Source: an uncultured Chloroflexia bacterium (GTDB taxonomy: Bacteria; Chloroflexota; Anaerolineae; B4-G1; SLSP01). From it: a DNA stretch of 64,000 nt. The translations under genes and the position numbers were made by a program. The notes under the pieces are model-generated. The model made no database searches. It saw only the letters and a program-made list of their open reading frames with translations, and was not told the origin of the DNA. Positions 9,961 through 21,337 of the stretch are shown here, piece by piece (the first letter of the stretch is position 1; every line of letters starts with the position of its first letter). The stretch covers positions 32,001 through 96,000 of the forward strand of contig CAVVUS010000024.1 of NCBI GenBank assembly GCA_963751345.1, given 5' to 3'.

Positions 9961-12106
9961 GTGACCAACACAACGAAACTCTGGGTTTACGAGAATGCAG
10001 CCTCCCCCGGAATGGCGAAGATCATCGTCGACGCCGGTACACGTGCCACCTACCGGGTAAATCCGCAGCTCCTCGGCAAGTTCTGCGAACATCTGGGCGC
10101 CAACATCTACCACGGTATGGAGGCTCAGATTCTCTTCAACCCCACCTTCGGCAAATGGCGCTTCAGCGCGGGTGATAACCACGTGGACGGCGGCGTCCGC
10201 GAGGAGACGGACCGCGAAAGAGTTACGAGGCGTATTGAGATGTATGCCGAAAGGGCCGAATGGCCGGACGTCACGCGCGTGGTCGAGACATACTACCGCG
10301 GCGGCGCCTACGGTTGGTTCGCGACAGATGGCGATGGCGCCGAGGAAGAGGTGCGCCTCAGCCCCGACGTCAGCCCATACGGCGGGCGAGCGCAGCGCAT
10401 CGAGGTCCTGAAGGCTTCGGCGGACGCGCCGGGCGGCATCGGGCAGTGGACCTACTTGCCACTGCACCGCATCCGCACCTTCCGATTTCGCATCGTGGCG
10501 CGAGCTATGGAGCCGTGCACGCTGGATCTTGCGCTTGCGCCCGCAGATACCGGCAACCCGACGTCGGAAGCGAAGATCGACCTGGGCACCGGGTGGCAGA
10601 CATTCACCGGCACACTCGTCGTACCCGCCGAGGCCCCGGCAGAGGCGCTCTACCGGTCTTCTCGCTCACGTCGCCCAACCCCGACTCACTTCGTCCTCGA
10701 CCGCGTGCTGCTCTACCCCGACGACAGCGTGGACGGCGCGGATCCGGACGTCATCCGCATGCTAAAGGAAGCCCAATTGCCCCTGCTCCGTTGGCCGGGC
10801 GGAAACTTCGTGTCGGGGTACCATTGGCGCGACGGCGTCGGCCCCGTCGACGCGCGTCCGACGCTGCCCAACCCGGCGTGGGAAGGGCTGGAGTTCAACC
10901 TCTTCGGCACCGACGAATTCGTCGCCTTCTGCCGCGCCGTGGGATGCGAGCCGATGATTTGCGTGAACGCCGGCAACGGCACAGCGGAAGAGGCCGCCGC
11001 CTGGGTCGAATACTGCAATGGCGCTGTCGACACGCCAATGGGGCATCTCCGGGCCGAGAATGGCCACCCGGACCCCTACAATATCCGCCTCTGGGAGATC
11101 GGAAACGAGATCTACGGGCACTGGCAGGTCGGTTGGACCACGCCCGGCGGCAACGTCGATCGGTACCAAAGGTTCCGGGCGGCAATCCTCGCGGTCGACC
11201 CGACCGTCCACATCCTCGGGTGCGGCTATGGCAACGAGCCCGACTCGGAGTGGAACCACCGCCTGATCGACGAGGCTGCAGAGACGCTTCAGACGATCAC
11301 CGACCACATCCTTACCGGGGGCAGCGTGAACTCCGACACCGACCCGGTTGAGCTGTACCAGGCGTTTATGGGATATCCCTCCGTCCTGGAGCAACGCTAC
11401 CGCGACCTCGAAGCACGCATGCGCCACGCCGGCATCACGGAGCCCCACCTTGCGATCACGGAACTGCAGCTCTTCGCTCACTTCCAGGGGGAGGCCACGC
11501 CCGAGGGCAAGCTCACCCCTGCGATGATGCCCAGGCCCGACACCGTCGCCGAAGCGCTCTCGTTGACCGAGATCGTGAACACCTGCATCCGGCTGGGCGA
11601 TTTCGTCGAGCTGATCACGCACTCGGCGACCGTCAACCACGGCGGCGGACTGCGAAAGCAGCGCGAGCGCGTCTACGCCACCCCGTCCATTACGCCCACG
11701 CGCTGGGCCACGCCCTTGCTGGGGCCACGCCCGTCGCCGTGCACGTGGCCTGCGAGACCTTCTCCACCGAACACACCTTCGTCCACATCCCACCGATGAG
11801 CAAGTGCCGGTCATCGACGCTATGGCCGTGGTCTCGGATGCCGGCGACCTTATCCTGACCCTCGTCCATCGCGGCGGCGAATGCGGGCCCCTCGACCTTT
11901 CGATCGACCTGGAGGGCTTCCGCGCGCAAGCGCAGGCCGAGGTGATCACGCTCGCCGGCGAGACCTGGTACGACAAGAACACGCTGGAGACCCCCAAGAA
12001 GGTTGTTCCGCACCACTCGGAGGTCAGTCTGACGGGCGAGAAGGCGCTGACCATCGTCCTTCCTCCCTACTCCGTCACCCGGATCACGCTCAAGGAGGCA
12101 GAATGA
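9961..12106 (+). CDS. Alpha-L-arabinofuranosidase (GH51), frameshift near 11690
   Basis: GKFCEHLG, LRWPGGNF, FGTDEF, WEIGNE. The C-terminal beta domain is ORF 11804-12106. Confidence 0.9.
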
Positions 12107-12918
12107 GCCCATCTTCACCATCGACCGTTCGCTTGGGGCTTCAAACCATCACCTGGGGCGACGGTCAGTTCGAGACCTTCCCTCACGTCTTTGACGTCGC
12201 CGCGCGCGGCGGCTACGGCGGCGTGGAGATCGGCTATCGTCGCATCCAGTCGACGCCTCCGGACATCCTCCAGAGCCTGCTGGACGCGCAGGGCCTTAGC
12301 TTTGTGGCGACCCACGCCGGGGGCAACCTTGAGGACCCCGCGCAAGCCGGGGAGGAGCGCCGGCTCATCGACGATCTCCTGGCCTATGTAAAGGCGATGG
12401 GATCCGACCTCTTGATGTTCTCCGGCTTGCGCTACGAGAACGACACCCAGATCGCGGCGGACATCGCGCAACTGAACCGCATGGCCGAGCTCTGCGCACG
12501 CCAGGGCGTCCACCTGCTCTACCACAACCACAACTGGGAGTTCACCGGCGGCGGGAAGACCATGCGGGCGATCCTGGACCAGGCCGACGAGGCGGTCGGC
12601 TTCTGCCCGGACATGGGGTGGCTCTACAAGGCGCAGGTAGAGATCGTACCTTTCCTCGAATCTATACGGCCTCGCATCGGGGCGATCCACTTCAAGGACT
12701 TCGCCTCGCTTGGCCCCGGTGTGGATACCGTCGTCCTTGGCAAGGGCGTAGTTCCGCTCGAACAAGTGGCCGCGTGGATCAACCAAGCGGGGTTCGAGGA
12801 TCTCTGGGTCATCGCAGAACAGGACAACGCGGTAGGCGGCGTGGACGAGGACGTGCTGGGCAATGGCGCATTCCTTCAGAGAGCCTTCGCCGGTCACGTC
12901 GGGGAAGGCATGCGATGA
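12103..12918 (+). CDS. Sugar phosphate isomerase/epimerase (TIM barrel)
   Basis: QTITWG, YHNHNWEF, CPDMGW, IHFKD, IAEQD. ATGA overlap with GH51. Confidence 0.85.
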   Translation: MSPSSPSTVRLGLQTITWGDGQFETFPHVFDVAARGGYGGVEIGYRRIQSTPPDILQSLLDAQGLSFVATHAGGNLEDPAQAGEERRLIDDLLAYVKAMGSDLLMFSGLRYENDTQIAADIAQLNRMAELCARQGVHLLYHNHNWEFTGGGKTMRAILDQADEAVGFCPDMGWLYKAQVEIVPFLESIRPRIGAIHFKDFASLGPGVDTVVLGKGVVPLEQVAAWINQAGFEDLWVIAEQDNAVGGVDEDVLGNGAFLQRAFAGHVGEGMR

Positions 12919-13907
12919 CGCTCGGCATCGCCGTGATCGGCTGTGGCATGATGGGAGGGCTCCACGGGCAGACCTGGGCCGCAAGGGACGACGCCCGCGT
13001 GGTGGCTGTCTCCGACCCGATCGAGGATCGCGCCCATGCGCTTGCTGAGGCCACGGGCGCAATCGTGGCAAGCTCTAACACTGGTGCGATCGGCCGCGAC
13101 GAGGTCGACGCGGTCAGCATCTGCACGCCGGTCTGCTTCCACTCCGAGATCGCGTGCTTGGCCGCCGAGCACGGCAAACACGTGCTGACGGAGAAGCCAA
13201 TGGCCCTGACGCTGCCCCAGGCGGACGCTATGATCGCCGCCGCGCGCGACAACGGCGTGCTTCTCGGCGTGTCGCTGCAATATCGCGCGATTCCCAAGTA
13301 CCGGCGCTACCACGATCTGATCCTGGAGGGTGCATTCGGTGGCCCGGTCTTCGCCCGGTTCGAGGACGTCCGTGAGGTGCGGCCGAAACTGGCGATGCAT
13401 CGCCGCTCGATGAACGGCGGCCCTGTGATCGACATGGCAGGACACTACTTTGACCTGATGCGCTTCTGCACCGGAGACGAACCCGCCTCGGTCTTTGCCC
13501 GCGGCCACGTTTTTGGCGAGGGGAAAGCCCGCCTGGCGGGCATCGACGACCTGGCGGTCGACGCTGCCGAGATCACCGTGACGATGCAGTCCGGCCACGT
13601 GCTCTCGGTCTTCGTCAACTGGGGTATGCCCGAGGAGTTCCCCAACCTCGGGCGTGAGCAGCTCATCGGGCCCGAAGTGGCCGTCTGGCCCGAAGAGGGC
13701 GTGGTCGTCGCACAGTACCGCGACCGCCAGGTGCGATATCGCCTTCCCTCGCATCCCTTTGGCCCCGCCGCCCGGATCGACGATCTGGCGCGAGCGATCA
13801 AGGGCGAGGAACCGCTGGAGGTCACCGGTGAGGAGGGGCGCATCGCGCTGCAGGTGAGCCTAGCCGCGCTGACGTCGATCGAGACCGGCGACGTCGTCAC
13901 GCTCTAG
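12915..13907 (+). CDS. Gfo/Idh/MocA family oxidoreductase
   Basis: IGCGMMG, HVLTEKP, GGPVIDMAGHYFD. Confidence 0.9.
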   Translation: MTLGIAVIGCGMMGGLHGQTWAARDDARVVAVSDPIEDRAHALAEATGAIVASSNTGAIGRDEVDAVSICTPVCFHSEIACLAAEHGKHVLTEKPMALTLPQADAMIAAARDNGVLLGVSLQYRAIPKYRRYHDLILEGAFGGPVFARFEDVREVRPKLAMHRRSMNGGPVIDMAGHYFDLMRFCTGDEPASVFARGHVFGEGKARLAGIDDLAVDAAEITVTMQSGHVLSVFVNWGMPEEFPNLGREQLIGPEVAVWPEEGVVVAQYRDRQVRYRLPSHPFGPAARIDDLARAIKGEEPLEVTGEEGRIALQVSLAALTSIETGDVVTL

Positions 13908-13913
13908 CCAGGG

Positions 13914-14258
13914 ATGGATCACCCGACCGAAGATCGAAGGCTGGCGAGGGAGGCCAGGACCCTGACGGCGATGGTCAGGATCGCCTGCCACGCCCATCAC
14001 GGGACATCCGGCGAGGAGCTCTGCCCCGAATGTGGCGAGCTGCTCGCCTACGCACATCTACGCCTCAGCAAATGCCCATTCAAGGGAGCAAAGCCCACAT
14101 GCGCCAAGTGCACCGTCCACTGCTACACACCCACTCGGCGCAAGCAGGTCAGGGAGGTCATGCGATACGCGGGCCCGCGGATGCTGCTGCATCATCCGCT
14201 CCTTGCCCTGATGCACCTCGCTGACGGGCTCAGGCGCCCTGCCTACAGGAGATCCTGA
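13914..14258 (+). CDS. Nitrous oxide-stimulated promoter family (YgbA-like) protein
   Basis: LCPEC.ELL.YA..RL.KCP...KPTC.KC.VHCY...VMRYAGPRMLL.HP signature. Confidence 0.85.
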   Translation: MDHPTEDRRLAREARTLTAMVRIACHAHHGTSGEELCPECGELLAYAHLRLSKCPFKGAKPTCAKCTVHCYTPTRRKQVREVMRYAGPRMLLHHPLLALMHLADGLRRPAYRRS

Positions 14259-15233
14259 ATGACGCTGACGATCGTTCCTATGAAACCTGACCATCTGGAG
14301 GATGCCGCGGCACTGGCTGCCGCTCGATACAGGGCGCTCTGCGCACAGGTCCTGAACCTGCCGGCCCGCTACGGCGAGCGTGACACGCTGCTGCCGATGT
14401 TGCAGAACGTCCTCGACGCGGGCCCGGCGGTGGTGGCCCTCGACGGACCCCATCTCGTCGGCTTCATGACGGGCTTTCCCATCCCATCATTCCGGGAACG
14501 CCCTGCCGTGATCAGCCCGGAATGGGGCAACGGCGCCGAACCGGACAACAGCGCGCGGATCTACGAGGCGATGTACAGTCGCCTTTCAACGGAATGGGTG
14601 GCCGACGGGCGTATCGTGCACCTCGTCGTGGCACTGGCGCACGACCGTGACGCGATTGGCGAACTGCACTGGATGGGCTTTGGCCTGGTCGTCGGGGACG
14701 CCGTCCGGGATCTGACGCCGGTGCCCCTAGTGGGCTGACATCCCGGAGATCCGGCGCGCTGGACCCGGCGACCTGGAGAGCGTTATGCGCCTGGAGCGTG
14801 CGCTGACCGATCACTTGCCGCGCCGCCGGTCTTCAGGATGGGGTTTGCGCCGTGGACGCAGGAGGAAGCCCTGGCGTGTCTGGAGGATCCCAGCTACGCC
14901 CTCTGGCTGGCGACCCGTGAGGGCGACGCCATCGCCTACCTGCTCATCGGCCCCGCCTGCGACGATGCCGCCACGATCATCTACGACGAGGGGACGGCTA
15001 GCATCACGGGCGCGTTCACAGAGCCCTCGGCGCGCGGTGCGGGCGTTGCGACGGCTCTGCTGAACCGCGGGCTGGCGTGGGCGCGGGAACAAGGCTACGC
15101 GCGCTGCGCCGTGGACTTCGAGACGATGAACCCCGAGGCGCGGCGGTTCTGGCTGCGACACTTCTCGCCGGTCAGCCTCGGGCTCGAACGTCACGTCGAC
15201 GCACGTGCCGTGCAGAGTCTACAAGCCTCCTAG
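14259..15233 (+). CDS. Tandem GNAT acetyltransferase, frameshifts near 14735 and 14820
   Basis: ARGAGVATALL acetyl-CoA motif and VDFETMNPEARRFW. Confidence 0.75.
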
Positions 15234-15250
15234 CGGAGAGCACACTTGAA

Positions 15251-15440
15251 CGCGGGGGACCCCGCGCCCCAGACGGCGATCGCGTTCTCCGGCAACGCCG
15301 GGCCTGCGGCCGCGCAATCGGTGCCGGGGATCCTTCCGCGCCGTCTGCGGTGCGGGGTCCCCGGCACCTGAAACTGAACTGCCCACGGTCGCGGTAGACT
15401 TGTCGTTAAGTGCCGGGGACTGCGGAAGGTCCCCGGCACT
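15251..15440. repeat. Cluster of REP-like GC-rich palindromes between convergent genes
   Basis: GGTGCCGGGGA...TCCCCGGCACC (15320-15368), AGTGCCGGGGAC-8nt-GTCCCCGGCACT (15409-15440) and CGCGGGGGACCCCGCG (15251-15266). Confidence 0.75.
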
Positions 15441-15483
15441 GACTTGACGATCGATGCTAAGGACGTTTCCTGCTAGAAGGCGC

Positions 15484-16101
15484 TCATGGCGGTGGCCGTT
15501 GGTGAGGTGATGCGCGTCGTTCCAGCGCACCACGACCGGCCCCAGCGACCGCCACTCGATCTCGGCTATTGCGGTGTTGTCGACCTCGAATTGCCAGTAG
15601 GACGCCAGCGGATGCCCCAACAGCAGGCACAGGACCACACGGATCGTGCCGCCGTGGGAGACCCAGGCGACCGTGCCGTCCGCGTACGCGCCCAGGATCT
15701 CGTCGAGCAGATCTGCACCCGCGCGGCCATCGTCCCCAGGCTTTCGCCGTCCGGCGGCGTGCGGTTGACCCGGTCATGGTTCCACCAACCAGCTTTTCGT
15801 GATCCTGCTCGTCGATCTGCCGGTAGGTCAGCCCCTGCCACGCCCCAAAGTTAAGCTCGCGCAGCCGAGGCTCCGCCCTGACGTCCAGTTCTTGGCGCTG
15901 CGCGATGGCCTCGGCGGTCTCCAGGGCACGTGCCAGATCGCTGGTGTAGAGCGCCGAGATTGGGCGATTGCTCAGCCGCTCGGCCAACGCATCGCCTGCT
16001 CGTGCCCTGACGGCGTTGAGCGGAATGTCCAGTTGACCCTGATACCGCCCGGAGGCGTTCCAATCGGTCTCCCCGTGGCGAATCAGGAGCAATCGCAGCA
16101 T
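15484..16101 (-). CDS. Histidine phosphatase family protein (CobC/phosphoglycerate mutase-like), frameshifted
   Basis: LIRHGETDWN, SDLARA.ETA, LRELNFG.WQG, PDGES, VSHGGTI. Confidence 0.85.
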   Translation of the reverse strand: MLRLLLIRHGETDWNASGRYQGQLDIPLNAVRARAGDALAERLSNRPISALYTSDLARALETAEAIAQRQELDVRAEPRLRELNFGAWQGLTYRQIDEQDHEKLVGGTMTGSTARRRTAKAWGRWPRGCRSARRDPGRVRGRHGRLGLPRRHDPCGPVPAVGASAGVLLAIRGRQHRNSRDRVAVAGAGRGALERRASPHQRPPP

Positions 16102-16111
16102 CTCCGGCCGG

Positions 16112-18491
16112 TCAGTCCGACAGCAAGCCGAGATCGGCGTCGAAGCGATACGGCTGTCCCCCGGCGGCGTCCAACTCGACGACGTGATCGCCGACCTGCA
16201 CCAGACAATGGCCGTCGCGATCGGCCACGATGGTGGCACCATGGAACGCGCCATCCTTCCACGTCACGGGAGACCTCGAAGCCTCCACGCGCCCGCAATC
16301 CGCTGAACCTCGCCATCGGGCCAGGCTGAAGGCAGCGCCGGCAGCAGATGCAGGACGCGGAGTGCCGTCGCCGGAAGTGCGGTGGCTCTGAAGCAGCATC
16401 TCGGCAATGCCCGCCGTCGCCCCGAAGTTGCCGTCGATCTGGAACGGCGGGATGCGCATCGAATAGGTTGGGATACGTTCCGCCCCGCAGGTAGTTCGTC
16501 TGACTGCCACTCACAAACTGCAGCATGTTGCGCAGCATCCTGTAGGCGTGATCGCCATCGCGGAAACGCGCCCACATGTTGATCTTCCATCCCATCGACC
16601 ACCCCGTGCCGCCATCACCCCGCAGCTCGATCGAGCGCTGCGCCGCACGCACCAGCTCCGGCGTCTCCTCGGGCGTCAGTTGATGTCCGGGGTGGACGCC
16701 AAAGAGGTGCGACATGTGCCGGTGATGATCCTCGGGATCGTCCCAGTCGCGGGACCACTCCTGGAGCTGTCCGTGCCGGCCAACCTGATAGGGCAGCAGC
16801 CGCGCCCGTGCAACCTCCAGTTCCTCGCGGAAATCCTCGTCTACGGAGAGCACCCGCGCGGCCTCGATGCAGTGGGTGAAGAGATCCCACAGGATCGCCA
16901 GGTCCATCGTCGAGGCGACGCTTACCGCCAACTGCTCGCCTGTGGGCAGATGATACTTGTTCTCGGGTGAGGTCGCCGGCGCCGTCACCAGGTGACCCTT
17001 CCCATCCTCGACGAGCCAATCCAGGCAGAAACGCGCGGCGCCCTTCATCAGCGGGTATGCCTCGTCCCGCAGGTACGCCTCGTCGCCGGTGAAGAGATAG
17101 TGCTCCCAGAGGTGCTGGCTCAGCCATCCGCCGCCCATCGCCCACATCGCCCAGACGGGATCGCCCGCGCCGTAGGCGCCCACAGGCGCTGATTGGCGCC
17201 AGAGGTCGCTGTTGTGGTGCGCGACCCAGCCCTGGCAGCCGTAGTTGACCTGCGCCGTCACGGCGCCGTTGACCGCGAGTTCGCCAATCATCCGGAGCAA
17301 AGGCTCGTGGCACTCGCTCAAGTTGCAGACCTCGGCGGGCCAGTAGTTCATCTCCGCGTTGATGTTGAGCGTGTAGTTGCTGTTCCACGGTGGCTTCACC
17401 ATATCGTTCCAGATGCCCTGGAGGTTCGCAGGTTGGGTGCCGGGACGCGAGCTCGATATGAGCAGATAGCGGCCGTACTGGAAGAAGAGCGCGGCCAATT
17501 GGGGATCGTGCCCGTCGACGAAGTGCGCCAATCGGTGATCGGTCGGCGCCCCGGCGGCGTCCGTCACCCCCACATCGAGCGTCATGCGGTTGAAGAGCGC
17601 CTGGTAATCCGCTATATGTGCCCGAAGCAGAGCGTCATATCCCTTCCCGATTGCCGCCGCGACCTCGGCGACCGTGATCGCTGTCGGATCCCTACCTTCC
17701 AAGCCCGGCGAACACTGAAAGCCGTTGAAGCTGGTCGCCGCGCTGAGCAGCAGGAGCGCTTCATCCGCACCCTCGACCACGAGCGCGTCATCGCGTCCCG
17801 AGACAGACCCGCCCCGGACAACAATGTGGAGACGAGCCTCGAAGTTCATCCCCTCGCCCTCGGGCGGATCGTAACGAAGAGGATCCGCGCCCTCGTGTCC
17901 AGCCGGATCGACGTGTTTCGGCGCCTTTGCCCCTGAGCACCAGTGCTGGCGTCTGCTTCCAGGACTGGACTGCTCGAGCGCAGGGGGCTCGACAGCCGGG
18001 CCGTGAACGTCAATGCGCCGGGCCGGTCGCAGGCCAGCCGCATCACCAGCACTCGATCCGGATAGCTGCAGAAGGCCTCTCGCTCGAAGTTCACGTCGCC
18101 CGCGCGGTATCGTACTGACGCGATGGCGCGTTCGAGATCAAGGTCGCGCTCGTACTCACGGACTTCTCCCTGTGGGCCAAAGTCGACGATGAGATCCCCC
18201 AGCGTGAGATAGGGCTGGGTGAAGGGCCCCTGCATCTCTTTGCAGAGCTCGTTGGCACTGCGCAAAGTCGTCGGTGAAGAGTGCCTCCCGCACCCTCAGC
18301 AGCGCGGCCCTGGCCTTGGGGTTGTTCCAATCGCGTGGCGCCCCCGCCCACAACGTATCCTCGTTGAGTTGCAGGTGCTCCTGTTCCACCCCACCGAAAA
18401 TCATCCCACCAAGCCGCCCATTCCCCAGCGGCAACGCCTCGACCCACTGCTCGGCGGGCTGCTCATACCACAGTCGCCACAAGTTTGACAC
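16112..18491 (-). CDS. GH95 alpha-L-fucosidase, several frameshifts
   Basis: LWYEQPA..WVEALPLGNG, FQYGRYLLISSSR, NLQGIWN, NINAEMNYW, HRHMSHL, HPPFQIDGNFG. Confidence 0.93.
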
Positions 18492-18507
18492 GGTGACCCT
18501 CCTCAGC

Positions 18508-19449
18508 TTAACGGCTGCGTACAGTGATGCCCATCGCTTGGGCGGCCTCGGCCAGCCCAGCCATCTTCTCCTTGGTCGGCGGCGTCAGATCGCGCGCCTC
18601 GTAAGTCAGGCCCAGGCCGTTGTACTTATCGCCTGCCATACGGTGGAAGGGGAGGAGCTCCAGAGAGATAGGCTCGGGTGCGCAGCCGTCGCCGGCGGCG
18701 GCACGTAGATCCTGCATCTCGCGAACGAACGCCGCGATGGCGGCGATGTCCTCCGGCGTGTCGTTGACCGTGGGCACCACGGGGGTACGGAAGATGATGG
18801 GTTTGCCGGTCTCCACAAGCCGCCTCGCGTTGGCCAGCAGCAGCCGGTTGGATGTCCCCACCGCCCACTTATGCTTGTCGGGATCCATAAGCTTGAGATC
18901 CATCATCAGCAGATCCGTCACCGGCATCAGTTCGGCAAGTTTCTCCCATGGGACGTTCGCTGCGGTCTCAATGGCCGTCCGCACCCCTTCGTCACGACAG
19001 CGAGAGAGGATCTCGTAGGAAAACTCAGGCTGGTAGGCGGGCTCTCCTCCCGAGAGTGTGACGCCCCCATCCGAGTTCTCGTAGAAGGGGCGGTCCTGGA
19101 GCACCTCGGTCACGACCGCATCCGCCGTCATCTCGCGCCCGCTCAACTCACGGGCACCGGCATAGCAGACCTCAACACAGGCGCCGCAGGCGATGCAAAG
19201 CTCCCGGTGGAAGACGAGCTCTCCCTCTTCGCCCACCGTCTGGGCACCCTCAGGACAGGCATTGACGCACTCGCTACAGCCGATACACCTGTCCTCGTGA
19301 AGCTGCAGCTCCAGCGTGGGCTGAATGCTCTCGGGGTTGTGACACCAAAAACAGTGTAACGTACATCCCTTGAGGAACACCGTCGTCCGAATCCCAGGCC
19401 CGTCATGGACCGAAAACCTTTGAATGTTACAGACCAAACCGCTTGTCAT
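18508..19449 (-). CDS. Glycyl-radical enzyme activating protein (radical SAM with 2x[4Fe-4S] insert)
   Basis: HDGPGIRTTVFLKGC, CxxxCxxC (CTLHCFWC), two CxxCxxCxxxC motifs, GGVTLSGGEP. Confidence 0.92.
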   Translation of the reverse strand: MTSGLVCNIQRFSVHDGPGIRTTVFLKGCTLHCFWCHNPESIQPTLELQLHEDRCIGCSECVNACPEGAQTVGEEGELVFHRELCIACGACVEVCYAGARELSGREMTADAVVTEVLQDRPFYENSDGGVTLSGGEPAYQPEFSYEILSRCRDEGVRTAIETAANVPWEKLAELMPVTDLLMMDLKLMDPDKHKWAVGTSNRLLLANARRLVETGKPIIFRTPVVPTVNDTPEDIAAIAAFVREMQDLRAAAGDGCAPEPISLELLPFHRMAGDKYNGLGLTYEARDLTPPTKEKMAGLAEAAQAMGITVRSR

Positions 19450-19472
19450 ACCAGCCAGTCCACCCCACTCTC

Positions 19473-20447
19473 TCAGCTATAGGCCGTCCGGTACGTCTCC
19501 AACGCGTCGAAGATCGCCGCGATGTTTTCGAGCGGCACGTCCTCACCAATCTCGGCCTTGAGCCACAAGCCGCCCTCCGGAGCGCCCAGCACCTCGACCG
19601 CTTCCCGCACGTGATCGTCGATCTGCTTGGGCGTGGCGAAGGGGAAGAGCTGGCGGTCGAGGTCAAGGTCCACACAGACCTTGCCTTTGCACGTCCGCGC
19701 CAGGCCATCGAGGCCGTTCGCCCCTACCTGGGGGTTGACCACGTTGACGCCGCAGTCCACCAGGTCAGGGATGATCTCGATGATATGGCCGTCGGTGTGC
19801 ATATAGACGTAGTACCCGGCGTCCCTGAACGGCCGGTAGATGGCCTCATAGCAGGGCTTGAGATACTTCCGCCACTTCTTGGGGCTGATGGGTAGGCTCT
19901 GCTGCATCCCCAGATCGTCGCCAAAGGTAACAATGGTGCCCGTCTCGCCGCGAGTTGCCAACGACTGGAGCAACAGCTTGGCCTGACGTAGGTTGTAGGA
20001 AAGCACCTTGTCAATCAGCATCTGCAACTCGGGCGGTTCCTGCGCGAAGTCGATCATCAGCTCCTCAAATCCTCGCAGGTCCTGCAGCCGCAGATACATA
20101 AAGCCGTGGGGAAAGCCGGCGTCCTTCTTGGGCACTTCCAGTTTGCGGACGTCCTCGCGGGTCGGCACGGGGTGTCCCGTGACAATGGCTTCCATGCCGG
20201 TCTTCAGATTGCTCCACACACAGCCCCAGACATCGACATGCTCGCCCTGGATGTAGGTCTCTGTGTAGATGGCGTCGTAGTCGCGATCTCCTTGCTGTCC
20301 ACCAAAAAGAACAGGATGCTGCGCGACCAGATCGTCCAGCGCCTCGCGATATTTCATCCACGCCGCGGGCAGAATGCCAACCGAGACGGGGATCATCTCG
20401 GGGGTATCGAAGTTGAGGGATTTGATGCGGTCATCGGCCGTCGTCAC
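19473..20447 (-). CDS. Uroporphyrinogen decarboxylase/methyltransferase (URO-D/CIMS-like) family protein
   Basis: DVWGCVW, LRGFEELMID, FGDDLG.Q, HTDG.I.EIIPDL..CG. Confidence 0.85.
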   Translation of the reverse strand: MTTADDRIKSLNFDTPEMIPVSVGILPAAWMKYREALDDLVAQHPVLFGGQQGDRDYDAIYTETYIQGEHVDVWGCVWSNLKTGMEAIVTGHPVPTREDVRKLEVPKKDAGFPHGFMYLRLQDLRGFEELMIDFAQEPPELQMLIDKVLSYNLRQAKLLLQSLATRGETGTIVTFGDDLGMQQSLPISPKKWRKYLKPCYEAIYRPFRDAGYYVYMHTDGHIIEIIPDLVDCGVNVVNPQVGANGLDGLARTCKGKVCVDLDLDRQLFPFATPKQIDDHVREAVEVLGAPEGGLWLKAEIGEDVPLENIAAIFDALETYRTAYS

Positions 20448-20450
20448 AAC

Positions 20451-21218
20451 CTAACTCTCCTTGAGAATGTCGTCACTCGTGATTGTTGGGCACCAGAAAC
20501 GCTCAATATACCCGATAACAAGCGCTGTGCCTTGATGATGGCTCACATAGGGCGAACGTGCCGGATTGTACATCGTGTCGGTGAGATCCCGGACCAGGGC
20601 GACGGGAACGCCCCAGCGCACCATCTGCTTGATGGCGAACGATCGGTTGAGCACGCACATGTTGGTATGCACGCCCATGATCAGCATTCGACGAATGCCC
20701 CACATTTGCAGCAGATTGTAGACCTCGTGGCCATCGTCGGTGAGGGCATCACGCTCCGGATCGATCTCGATGGCCGCATGCTGCCGCGTCCACACGCGGC
20801 GCGCAGTCTCCTCACCCGTGTCCGAACCCTCATCCGAATCGTCGATCGGCAGAGGAGGCACCACGCGGTCGACCGGATCGGGCGGCTCCGCTGCCGGGGC
20901 GCTTTGTGCTCGCCTGCGAGCCGGCGTGCCGATATAGAAATCCAAGGTGTCCGAGGGGGCATGAATGATGTGAACCCCCTTTGCGCGCGCCGCGTTGAGG
21001 ACATCGTTCATGCGCGGCGCCATCGCATTCACACGTTCGGTGGCGCCCCGACTCCAGTGGGCATCCCACATGTCGCAGATGATGATCGCCACTTGTGAGG
21101 CCGGCACCTCCTGTTGAGTCATTCGCTCCTGCCAAACGGCGTGACCGCCCTCGTCCTGCCCCAGCACGAAATTACGCATATTCAACGTCAGATCCGATGC
21201 AACCGTTTGATTTTCCAT
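20451..21218 (-). CDS. Isochorismatase-like cysteine hydrolase
   Basis: AIIICDMWD.HW, IIHAPS, GVHTNMCVL.R, RDLTD.MY. Confidence 0.8.
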   Translation of the reverse strand: MENQTVASDLTLNMRNFVLGQDEGGHAVWQERMTQQEVPASQVAIIICDMWDAHWSRGATERVNAMAPRMNDVLNAARAKGVHIIHAPSDTLDFYIGTPARRRAQSAPAAEPPDPVDRVVPPLPIDDSDEGSDTGEETARRVWTRQHAAIEIDPERDALTDDGHEVYNLLQMWGIRRMLIMGVHTNMCVLNRSFAIKQMVRWGVPVALVRDLTDTMYNPARSPYVSHHQGTALVIGYIERFWCPTITSDDILKES

Positions 21219-21337
21219 AGTGAGTTTCTATTCTAGTGCGTCTCAAACACCGGTCAATCACCTTGAAGAACGGCCCCCACCCGCTAGAATGCACCTGAGT
21301 GATTGGCGGCGGTTGTTCAAGCGAAAGGAGATCAAGA

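Noticed and set aside
10260-12054. Long alternative-frame and antisense ORFs over GH51 and other GC-rich genes
   Set aside because: Arg/Pro/Gly-rich with no motifs, as expected from high GC3 codon bias.
14736-14738. TGA in the GNAT gene as selenocysteine or readthrough
   Set aside because: The downstream coding sequence continues in a different frame, so this is an indel, not recoding.
15251-15440. Palindromes as a CRISPR array
   Set aside because: Only two or three non-identical units in inverted orientation, and no cas genes.
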